A stretch of DNA of 64,000 nt. Origin: Lama guanicoe. Lineage: Eukaryota. The first letter of the stretch is position 1. Each line of letters begins with the position of its first letter. The translations under genes and the position numbers were made by a program. The notes beneath the pieces were generated by a model, which was given only the letters and a program-made list of their open reading frames with translations, did not search any database and was not told where the DNA came from. The stretch covers positions 520,879-584,878 of the forward strand of contig MU054204.1 of NCBI GenBank assembly GCA_013239625.1, in the 5' to 3' direction. Below, piece after piece: positions 50,641 to 61,984 of this stretch.

Positions 50641-51816
50641 AAGCAATCATTACTAAGGGTTGATGGAAGGAAGTAGCTGGGGAGAAGAGGCTAAATTCTA
50701 TTTATTTTAGTATGTCAGATCACCAGGGTATGGGAATTTTCTGAAAGAACCAAAAGGTCCAGGATTCTGGGAATCTTCTGGAAAACAAACCCCCCTCCTG
50801 GTTTCCTCATTGCCGCTTCACTCTATCAACCTACCCCTGAAAGGAACAGGATGAGAAGAGAGCTGGGTAGAGTAGCAGAGGTAAGAAAAAGCAGTTGAGG
50901 TAAAGGGATGTTTTAAACTGAAAATGGAGGGAAGGGGAAAATATCCAGCCAAAAAATATAAATGAGTTATTACAAGGGACACCATATGTGACAAAATAAG
51001 AACAAGAGAAGCATTTAGTCACTGACAGAGCAGAATAAGTTGGGGAAAGGATAGAAATAATGGGTGTGGCTTCAGTGGTACATACTTGTAGTAGTGAAAA
51101 TTTCAAACTTCAGTCTTTAGCAGAAAGGGGTAAATACGATGGCCAAGGTATCATGAAGACTTAGTGTGGAAGAATATATGACATAGAGTTGAGGTCAGGA
51201 TAGAGAGAAACAAATACCATTATATTGAGAGTGTAAATCATAGGCCATCTGACCAGAGAAAGGAAAGAGTGATGCAATCACAATGCTTAGACAAGAGTTG
51301 TTTTCTCACTGATGACTCAATTTAACAATATAAATGTAATTTCTCACTCTCCACCCCACCCTCCCACTTCCCACAAGATCTTATTGGTCTCTTTCTCTTG
51401 ACTCCTTGGTGCTATTCTTTTGTAAACCTCTCAAGGGTGGTGCAACCTTGAAACTCCCATAAGTTATCAAGAGGATTCAGGTAAACTCTGATTGCAATGA
51501 ACTGACTTTTCAATTGACTACAGAGGTTCTATCCGTTAGTACTAACTTACTGACTAGAGAATTGAAGAGGTAGTGGAATAGATGTGTGTATATTTGGGAG
51601 AATGGGGAGTACCAAAGGATTGTTTAGACAGTTTCCCAAACTTAAATACCCACTGGAGTCAGATGCCCCATCTGAAGGGAGTAACTGCTAGTCCATTCCA
51701 GCAGATTACTGCCATGTGAGGAGATGTTACCAGATGTTCTGATTTAAAAAAAAAAGAAACTTGGATTTTTATTTGAAATTTTCTTATTTTTAAATATTAT
51801 CAACTAATTAAAAACA

Positions 51817-52775
51817 TTTTTTGCATATATATTCTAATTTCTTTATTGACTTTTTTCTTAAAAAGTTTATTTATTTTTTAACAATATAACATTTTTTGTT
51901 GATTTATAATCATTTTACAATGTTGTGTCAAATTCCAGTGTTCAGCACAATTTTTCAGTTATACATGAACATATATATATATTCATTGTCACATTTTTTT
52001 CTCCATGAGCCACCATAAGATCTTGTATATATTTCCCTGTGCTATACACTATAATCTTGTTTATTCTACAATTTTGAAATCCCATCTATCCCTATCCCAT
52101 CTATCCCACCCTCCACCCCCTTGGCAACCACAAGTTTGTATTCTATGTCTATGAGTCTGTTTCTGTTTTGTATTTATGCTTTGGTTTTTTTTTTGTTTGT
52201 TTTGTTTTGTTTTGTTTTAGATTCCACATTTGAGCGATCTCATATGGTATTTTTCTTTCTCTTTCTGGCTTACTTCACTTACAATGACATTCTCCAGGAG
52301 CATCCATGTTGCTGCAAATGGCATTATGTTGTCGGTTTTTATGGCTGAGTAGTTTTCCATTGTATAAATATACCACCACTTCTTTATCCAGTCATCTGGA
52401 TAAAGATGGACATTTCGGCTGTCTCCATGTCTTGGCTATTGTAAATAGTGCTGCTATGAACATTGGGGTGCAGGTGTCATCCTGAAGTAGGGTTCCTTCT
52501 GGATATATGCCCAGGAGTGGGATTCCTGGGTCATACAGTTAAGTCTATTCCTAGTCTTTTGAGGAATCTCCATACTATTTTCCACAGTGGCTGCACCAAA
52601 CTGCATTCCCACCAGCAGTGTAGGAGGGTTCCCCTTCTCCACAGCCTCTCCAGCATTTGTCATTTGTGGATTTTTGAATGATGGCCATTCTGACTGGTGT
52701 GAGGTGATACCTCGTTGTAGTTTTGATTTGCATTTCTCTGATAATTAGTGACATTGAGTATTTTTTCATGTGCCT
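51817..52775 (-). mobile_element. Young 5'-truncated L1 (ORF2 C-terminus and 3' UTR) with possible 3' transduction, inserted in a MER relic
   Basis: [46 protein letters not shown]; close similarity to the L1 at 21.2-22.3 kb. Confidence 0.92.
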
Positions 52776-53680
52776 AAAACTTTGAAAAACACTAGGTGGG
52801 CCATAGAAACAAAACCACTTCCACAACCACCAAGGGGTGAATTCTAATTTAGATGGTAGATGGAATTCATAGTAGAGCCTTGATTTGGTGATTTAAACTA
52901 AATCTGTCTCTTGGTCCATTCAGAATGGGTTTGGTGTCAGCTTGGTGGGTATGAGTACTTCTCCCAAATGGTAGTCTTGCATATTGATTTGTATCCTATA
53001 AATGTAACTGAGAACCTTCTCAATAGTAAAAATGATAAGTAGACTCTCTGCTTGGTTAGTCCAACAAGTAACTGAAAAATCACTTGGTCAGATTATGAGA
53101 TGTGGAAAGAAAGTAATCAGAAGGTAGTTCCTTTTTGGTGCCCTTTTTGTGTTCGCCAGATCATGAATCCCTTGAGGGCCATGGAAAAAACTTTGGATTT
53201 GGTTTTAAAAGTGGCAGGAAGCTATTGGAGACTTGTGAGCAGGGAAGGGGTGTGATCCAACTTAGTATTCTCAAAGTGACACTCTAAGAAAGCTGACAGG
53301 AAAGCTTTGTCCATACCTACAACCTGGAGACTTCTAGAAAACCTGCCTTTCCTGAACTCAGCCTCTTCCCCTACCATTTGTTCTTCCTTAGGAATATATT
53401 CTTGCTCCTCCTCCCCTCCTCCCATCGCCAATGGAGATGTTTTCCATGGTTCTCAGGCCATGTATCCTAAGAAACTTAGAGCCTATATCATCCTGAATGT
53501 GTTATCCAAGGGTAACCAATGCCTTTTGTGACTGAACTAACTTCCTTGTGTTCTTGCCTGGCCCTCAGATACATGACAGAGATAGAGCCTTCCAGATACT
53601 GGATCTTCTCGACTGAGAAGACAAGTGATACAGTCTTGCAAATTGATCTAATTACTCAACACTATGCTTCTATCTTTCAG

Positions 53681-53791
53681 AAAATACTGAAGGAAGGACC
53701 ACTGCTGAAGAACTGTAACTCCTTCAAGAGATGGAAGCTTAGATATTTTCTGGTTCGAGGACAAAGGCTCTGCTTTGCACACCATCCTGCG
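53681..53791 (+). CDS. DGKK: DGKK coding exon 2 (111 nt; start of PH domain, KILKEGPLLKNCNSFKRWKLRYFLVRGQRLCFAHHPA)
   Basis: Acceptor cttctatctttcag|AAA, donor GCG|gtaaga; in frame with exon 1; type II DGK PH motif KEG.L.K..SF.RWK.RYF. Confidence 0.96.
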
Positions 53792-53799
53792 GTAAGAGA

Positions 53800-53834
53800 A
53801 TATATATAGTGTGTGTGTGTGTGTATATATACAT

Positions 53835-53875
<41 letters not shown>

Positions 53876-53885
53876 TATATATATA
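53800..53885. repeat. Alternating purine-pyrimidine compound repeat (TA/TG/CA) just after the exon 2 donor
   Basis: Direct reading. Confidence 0.95.
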
Positions 53886-54348
53886 AAAAATTGGGTTAGT
53901 GGGTGGATACCAGGAAATGTTTTGTGGTGAGATGGGCCAACAGGTAAAGATATGTTGGTAAGCATTAAGGTGGATAACCCTTATCTGCTTCACTAGAGCC
54001 CTAGCTAGATCAGATCCATAGACCATATCTTTTCCAGCATAAACCCTTAGTTTTGAATAACCCTGACTTACCTAAGCTTTCCTATAAATCCACACAAAAG
54101 TTTTGGGAAGAGTTATGTTTTGGTTTGTTTTTTGTTTGTCACATGATATATCCATAAAATCATGATGCCAGATAAATCCCATGATGCCAGATAAATCCCA
54201 ACATTCAAGCCAAAGAGATCATGGGATCATGACTGCCAAACATGCCTATTAGTATGCCTTTGTGTGTGTGTGTGTGTTTACCTTTTAGTGTCTCTTTGCC
54301 TCATTAACCACATTGTTCCTTTTCCCTCTCTCTCTTATACCTTTCCAG

Positions 54349-54429
54349 TTTGCACGCTTTGAAACAATTGATCTGTCTCAAGTTGCCTTGGCAGAAAGCA
54401 GCTGTAGAAACCTTTGCCACAGTTTTTGT
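54349..54429 (+). CDS. DGKK: DGKK coding exon 3 (81 nt; FARFETIDLSQVALAESSCRNLCHSFC)
   Basis: Long pyrimidine tract + ttccag|TTT, donor TGT|gtaagt; phase 0; PH-domain continuation. Confidence 0.95.
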
Positions 54430-54608
54430 GTAAGTAAGATTAGGGATGACTGAATGGGCAGGGGTGGGAGCTAGCTGAGCAGAGGGGTGGCCATACCCAG
54501 GTGTTGCCTATTTGGAGTTCAGATTTCCCAAGTCTCCTTTGATCCCAAAGTGTGTATGGAAATCCACTTAAAGTAGCATCACAAATGAGTGCTAAAGATT
54601 ATTCATGT

Positions 54609-54773
54609 GGGGGGAGGGTATAGCTCAGTGGTAGAGTATGTACTTAGCATGCACAAGGTCTAGGGTTCAATCCCCAGAACCTCCATTTTTTAAAAAAAAT
54701 TTAAAATAAATAAATAAATAAACTTAATTACCTACCCCCCCCAAAAGAAAAGAAAAAAATTTAAGGAAAAAAA
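54609..54773 (+). mobile_element. tRNA-derived SINE (long form) in intron 3
   Basis: TSD taaagat(t/c)attcatgt. Confidence 0.93.
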
Positions 54774-54908
54774 TAAAGATCATTCATGTCAATATTTGCT
54801 ACCAGCCCACCGATGGGGGAAAAAAGTGATAGCCCTGTTCCCTATTACCAGCCTGATATAAAGCTGAGCTGATCTTGGGGTAGGGGGAGTGACTATTGTA
54901 AGAATCAT

Positions 54909-55097
54909 AATAGATAAACAAGATTATACTGTATAGCGCAGGGAAATATATACAAGATCTTGTGGTAGCCCACAGTTAAAAAAATGTGACAGTGAATATA
55001 TGTATGTTCATGTATAACTGAAAAATTGTGCTGAACACTGGAATTTGACACAACATTGTGAAATGAATACAACTCAATAAAAAATGTTTAAAAAAAG
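54909..55097 (+). mobile_element. Short young L1 3' end
   Basis: tagataaacaagattatactgtatagc...ggaatttgacacaacattgtg...aataaaaaatgtttaaaaaaa. Confidence 0.9.
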
Positions 55098-56763
55098 GAA
55101 TCAATCTTCCTGGTGAAGGTAATTTAAGATTATCATTGGGAAGCTTTCAAGGGACTGCTAATATGTTGTAGAATATATCAAAATAATCGAGCTACATAAT
55201 ATTCTCTCCTTTGATGAAGTAGATAAGAACCTAAATCCAATGTGAAAGCTACTCTATGCTGAGATTACTGATGAGAGTACCTCAAAGAAAGCAGAGGATT
55301 TTCTAGGGAAGTATTCAAAGGCTTGTCACTGCTGATACAAAGCCTTGGTCATTCAAATAAATCCAGACCTGAAAGCTCATTGAAAAATAGCAAGTCCATT
55401 GGCCTAGGACTTCTCCTACCCATCTCCTCCCAGAAATGCCTTTTCCCAGCCTCACTGGTGGCTTACGAAGACTAGGGTTACTCTTCAGGCAGGTGGAGGG
55501 TGGTACTTAGCAGACTAAATTGCTACAGGCCCAATATACTGCTTCCTTGGCTGGTCCACAATCCATTCTTTGAAAGGAGAGCAGTTGGATATAAGAGGAA
55601 GACCCTGCTCTCATTTCTCTCTCATTCCATTACACTGACCCAGGATAAAGCTGAGGATTACATTGACCCAGTCCCCAAAAGCTTAACCTTACGGTGATGA
55701 GTATACAAACTAATGTTTTTGGTCTCCATTAGACAAAGAAATTATAAGGGCTAGGTTTCCTCTTAGCCTAATTAAAACACAGAGGCCCTGTTCATCAGCC
55801 CCACACAAGAATGAGTTTGGACCAAAGGAGTGGCTGTTGTCATGATTCTCACTAGTTCCTGTTGCCATTTAACACAAAATGAAATTGCTTGTTGGTGTGA
55901 TGAGCTCTATCTCCAAGATTTGGGGGTGGAGTGGGACTGGTAGTGAAGACAAGTAGGACCATTGAAACGATAAGTGCTGCTATAGCTATCCATGCTCCCT
56001 CCTGCTCCCTGGGAAAAGACAAAGTCCTGATGATAGTCTACCTCAGCTAGACCCTCAGCATGGCTTTCTCATTGTTCCTGACAAGGTTCTTGCACCAAGC
56101 AGTACTAAGAGAGAGTATGGTAAAATTCTCTCAGGTTGTCCCCGACCATAAGAAAGAAGGAAACTGGATTTTCAGTTTCCTCACTCCATTCTAACTCTCC
56201 TCACAAGCAGATAGAGGCACATCCCAATGAAAAATATACCCTTTTACCATTTTCAAGTAGACAGAGCAGCAGTAAGCAAGGAGGATTTTCCAGCAACCTT
56301 GTTTGAGTAGCACATGGCTTAGTGTTTAAAAGCATGTGTGCTGGAGCCAAAGAATCTGAATTTTAATTCTGGCTTAGCTTTTTACCTGCTAGGTGGTCCT
56401 GGGCAAGTCATTTAACTCCCTTTGCCATGGAAAGATTTCCTGACTATGAAGTGAGAAAAACAATAATGCCCATGTCATGGGGTTGTCATGAAGACTGAAA
56501 TAAATTATACACAAAAAGTATAATAGAACAGTGCCCAGCATGTAGTAAGTGCCATTAAAATGTTGTTTTTACCATTGTCATCATCATTATTATTTAGGGC
56601 AGATATCTAAGGAACTGTGGGTACCTCTGGGAACTTCCGTCTTATATTTAAGAAGTGGCTTGGGTTGTGCATGGCAGATCTGTCTGGTTTCTTGGAGAGT
56701 TCAAAGTCTCTGTTTGGGGGCAAAGTTTTGGAGTAAGAGCTTCTAATGTGATTTTTTGTGTAG

Positions 56764-56868
56764 GTGATCACACCACAACGAAAAGTTACCCTGGCTGCAC
56801 CCAACCGGAAAGACATGGAAGAATGGATTAACGTAATAAAAACTGTCCAACAGGGAGAAATTCGTAAG
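56764..56868 (+). CDS. DGKK: DGKK coding exon 4 (105 nt; VITPQRKVTLAAPNRKDMEEWINVIKTVQQGEIRK)
   Basis: Branch-like ctaat and ttttttgtgtag|GTG acceptor; donor AAG|gtaaga; PH C-terminal helix with conserved Trp (MEEWI). Confidence 0.95.
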
Positions 56869-59340
56869 GTAAGAGAAATAGTAGAGGATCCACATGACTC
56901 CCAGGGGTAAACATTTAATTTATTATATTAGTTAAGCCACCTTTCAGACAGGGAAATAATAAGATGGAAGCAGATACCATCTGGTCAGGAATTATGGATG
57001 AATATCATTAGGAAACCTGTTTAGACCTATTTATAAATAGGAGTAATTCACTTAGACTCAAACATTGGTAACTATGTGGTTTAGATACTTTTGTATGCAC
57101 TCACTTGGTATGTAGATATTACTGTATGCTCAGTGGATGAGGGACTCGAGATGTATGTGAGCAGCTAACTTAGATACACTTATGTTAGCATAGGTGCCAT
57201 CAGCTGTCTTGACTTGGGTCTGCTGAGTGATTACAGTAACAACTAAGGAAACAGACTCACGAAGGAGAAGGAAGCAGACGAAGAAGAAATAACTACTCAG
57301 TAGCAAAGCCAGGATTTGGACCTAGGCTGTGTGACCCTAAAGCCTATGTCTTTAACCATTATGCCATTCTGCCTTTCTGTTTACTGTCTACAATAAAGTA
57401 AATGTAGAGGTAACAGCAAGGAGCCATCCTCCTCAAAGCTGAGCAAGGTTCCTTTTTTCCTTAGCAATACCAAACCCCTGGCCACCTCTTCCAGCAACAA
57501 GTGCTACCACCATTCAAACTCTGGGCTATACCCTCAGCTCACTCTTCTACAAATCTACCACACTTAGAAGTTATGTAAGTTTCAGGAGGGGAGGAATTTT
57601 TGTCATTTGTCTACTTAGAGCAGTGTTTTGCACAGTTTGAGGCTCAATAAATATGTATTGAATGAATAAATGAATCTAAGGGTAATCTTGGAGCCAAGGT
57701 TTAGAAAGGGAATGATGAATGGTTCATCTTAAAGAAATGTTCTGCTGTGAAGATCTTGGAGATAAAAGGGGGAATGAATCCATCCTTTAAGAGAACCTGA
57801 TGTCTTAAATAACTAACAAAGGGTAGAAGATTGTTATAGGCATTTGGGATGGAGCAGTGTAAAATAATGGGTATTAGTGGGTTTTAGAAGTAAAAGCACT
57901 GCCTCAGAGAAAAACCATCTGTCCTCACTCCCCAGGACTTCTCAGGTTTTTGACCATTTAGTTTCCAAACGATACACTCTGCTACTCATGTCTATGAGTA
58001 CATGGCAAGTTGACTGAACTGGGGACTAGGTATCTCTCCACACACCATTAAGACCTCTTCCAAGTCCACGCTGTGAATACTTAACTGAGAGATTCTTTGC
58101 TTAGAATCTGAGGATGGTCTTTATGTGACTTAGCACTCAGCATTTCACTCCTTTGTTACTTTTTTCTTCTTTTCCTAATGGAGAAGTACATCTCATCCCT
58201 CCTGCCCGTCCGCCCATAAGGTCACTATGGCTTAGTATTAGAGGTGGCCACAAAAAAGTGATTTCCATGTTCCTTTCCTGTGGACCAATCCCTTTTCTTC
58301 CCTTGGCTTATCTGTATCCAAATTGAAGGACTTCTTAATTTCATGTTGGCATAAAAGGCCACATAGAATATTTTAAATTTTAATTATTAGTCCAGGAATG
58401 CAAAAACTTGTAGAGAAAGCCATCAGAGCATTGATGTGCCTTTCCTGACTCAACTGAATTAAACACCTTCATGTTGACTACCCAGCACAAACTAGAAAGG
58501 AAAAAAAAATCTGCCTGTTAACTCTCTTGAAGGAGTTATGTTTCAGGTTATAATCACAACCTCTGTGGAGCTCCTCCAGGGGCCTAAATCTATTAAGGAA
58601 CACTTTTAGCTGGTAGTAAAATATCTTACTACCAGCATCATAGCAATTTGTCTTGCTTGAGGCATAAAGAATTAAATATGATTTCTCTCATATGCACCTT
58701 ATCTCTAATGGTCACCACCAATGCCTGACAGGGGCTGAAAGATTAATCATGGACTTAATGATCTATCAAAGTCAGTACAAAGTAATAGAGGAACCTATCA
58801 GAAACAAGTCAGTACACATTAAAAATGAGCCCAAACTAGGTGCCCAGTTTTGTTCCACAGAGACTTGAAAAGAAGGTGTAGTCTTGGCTCCTGGCCTCAA
58901 TGAGCTTTTTTAGTTGGGGAGATAAGATATACACACACAAAAAAAAACAGTTAATGACAGTTTTCAAGAGAAATAAGTTTTCAGAGGTGTTACAAGGCAG
59001 TGAGTGATTGATTGCCAGCCAGATGAATGAAACAGACTGTATAGTGGTATAAGAGTTCAGGGCTGGAGTCCTTTGGGAAGAGTTGATAGAGGAGAGATTG
59101 GAGACTGACCTTGAAAGATGAATAGGATTTTGTTGGTGGCAGGGAAATAGGGCCAAGGGGAGGTCCCAAGTAGGGGAATTGGCATAAGCAAAAGCTGAGT
59201 AACAGAAAATAGAACCTTTTAGGAGTAGAACAGAAGGGGGCTTTATTTAGCAAGGAATAGTTTGGGAAAGTGAGTTTAATAAGTATGTCTAAAGATTTAT
59301 GATTATGGAGGATTATCAATGCCAAGATAAGAGTGGGGAA

Positions 59341-61510
59341 GAATTTTATTAATCTGTATATATCGATGTATTTACCTTCACCTGTGAGATTTATCCTTTC
59401 ATATACGTTCTTGTTGCTGTTTAGCATGTTTTCATTTCAATTTGAAGAGCTACCTTAAGAATTTCTTGTAAGGCAGGTACACTGGTGACAAACTCCCTCA
59501 GTTTCTGTTTGTCTTGGAAAGACTTTACCTGTACTTAATTTTAAAGGATAATTTTGCCAGGTATAGTATTCTCAGATATAAGGTTTTCTTTTTGTTTTTC
59601 TTTCAGTGCTTTGATTACATCATCTCCCTCTTTTTCTTTTGCTTTTTTTTTTTTTGGCCTGCAAAGTTTCTGTTGAGAAAATTGCTTATAATCTTATGGG
59701 GGTTCCCTTATACATGACGAGCTTATTTTTTCTTGATGCTTTCAAAATTTTCTCTTTGTTCTTGACTTCTGACAATCTGATTATAATGTATCTCAGTGCA
59801 GTATCCTTTAGGTGGATATTATTTGGAGATTTTTGAACTTCAAGAATCTCGATGTCCATTTCCTTCTGAAGATTTAGAAAGTTTTAAACCACTATTTCTT
59901 TAAATAGCTTTCTGCCCCTTTCTCTCTCTCTCTTTTCCTTCTGGGTCTCCCATAATGTGTATATTGGTTTGCTTTCCTTCATACTTTCATTCTTTTCCTT
60001 TCATTCTTTTTTTCTTCTCTAACTAGATAATTTCAAATGACCCATTTCAAATGTCAAATGACCTATTCTTTCTTCTGCTTGATCAAGTCTGCTGTTGAAG
60101 CTCTCTTTTGTATTTTTCATTTTATTCATTTTCAGTGAATTTTTCAACTCCAGAATTTCTGTTTGATTCTTTTTTATGAGTTCTATCTTTATGTTGAACT
60201 TCTCATTTTGTTCATGAATCATTTTCCTGGTTTCATTGAGTTGTCCATCTGTGTTCTCTTGTAGCTCACTGAGCTTCTTTAAAACAATTATTTTGAATTC
60301 ATTTTCAGGGTACTCATAGATCTCTATTTTCTTGAGGTCAGTTACTGGAAAATTATTATAATTCTTTGGTCGTGTAGTGTTTCCTTGATGTGTGTGTGTG
60401 TGTTTCTGGTAGCCTTGTGTTGATGTTTGCACATTTGAGGGAGCACTCGTCTCTTCAAGACTTTATGGACTGTCTTCAGGGGTGAAGACTTTTACCTATA
60501 GGTGGGTGTGACAGTCCCAACTGGATTGGATGTAGTGGCTCCAGCTCCAGTGTGTGCAGGGAGGACACAGAGGCATAACTCCTGTAGAGCTCCATAAGCT
60601 GAGATCAGCATTGGGAAAGACTGAAGTGGACTTCAGTGACCAAGTATGTGGGTATCCACAGTGATGTTGCTGGGTCCAGTGCATGGGCATGCATGTGTTA
60701 GCAGTGGTGCCAGGATCAGGGGGCAAAAACACATTTGTGGTGGCAATGGTGTTGGTGTCTGGAATGTGAGGACCTGCAGAGTAGCTATGGCACCAAGGTT
60801 GGAGCTCAGGGACATCTAAAACAAACCACCTTGGACTGGTGGGCAGGTGCATTCATCATGATAGCCCTAGTGTGTGAGGCATGGGCGTGTGCTGAGCAGC
60901 CACAGAACTGGGGTCCAGGGCATGTACATGGTTGCAGGAGTCAGGGTTGTGGCTCTGGCATGGGGGAGCAGGATGCTATGTTATCAGCTTTGGTGAGGGG
61001 GTACAGAGGCACTTCTTCAGTGGGGGTGCAGGGGTGGTAGTTTCCCTGGGGAGGAGAGTGCTGCAGCAGCTCTTTCTAGTAGGTGGTAACAGCAGCATGG
61101 GTTCCAGGCAGTTCCATCAGCTAGGTTCAACATCAATGAAGAATTCAGGGCACCTCCATGGTGAAAGCTGCTTGTGTCCAAAGTATTGATGAGGGCTGCT
61201 GGAGTCCTCCTGTCCTCCTGCTTTCCTTTTCCCTTGTCTTAGGGGAGGTCAAGCCAAAGGGATTCCTCTTGGTCCCAAACTCTGCCAGACTGGGGGATGG
61301 GGCAATGAAGGTAAACTGTTTACTACACTTTTCTATGGGACCATTCTGTCTCTGTGCTCCATAGCATTTCTGCAGCTTCTTTGTTGTATTCTTGGGCTCT
61401 CTCAGAGCTATTCTAGTTGGCATGTAGTTGGAAAACAAAAAAATTTGTTGTTTTTGTGGGGGAGAGGAAGAGCATTGGGAATGTCTAGTCTGCCATCCTG
61501 TTGATGGCAC
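59341..61510 (-). mobile_element. Old L1M 5' UTR and decayed ORF1 (inverted half of one element)
   Basis: ORF1p-like PENEFKIIVLKKLSELQENTDGQLNETRKMIHEQNEKFN...FNSRLDQAEERI at 60019-60432; 5'-end-like gatggcagactagac on the minus strand near 61495. Confidence 0.88.
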
Positions 61511-61984
61511 TATGAAAATTTAATTTTCTATACAATATTCCCAGAAGCAATTGTTTAGTTTGCTTTGAATACTCTCAAAGACAGGGAGCTTCTACCTCAA
61601 AAGACAGCTGATGATATTCTTGAAGCCCACACTGAATGTTCAAAAGTTCTTATAGGCCAAAGATTAGGGGGAAATTTTTCTAAAATTTGGAGCTTTTGGT
61701 ACATTGAATAGAATCTTTTGCAAGAAACTTAGTTCTCCATCTTTGGAAGCATTCAAATAAAGGCTATGTGACTTGATCTAAAGATGCTTCAGAATCTAGA
61801 ATCTGAAGTCTAGATGATTTTAAGGTCCATTCCTGTTTTCATGGTCCATGGTTCCATGACAATTCATTAGGAGAGAGCCTTTTAATCTAGTCTTCTAAGC
61901 AGCTCCTTATTTCTAATTGTCTCTTTTTTATTCTTTCTTTAAGTCTCCCAGGCTGAAATCTTTCACCTGCCAGAGGTGTTTCAT

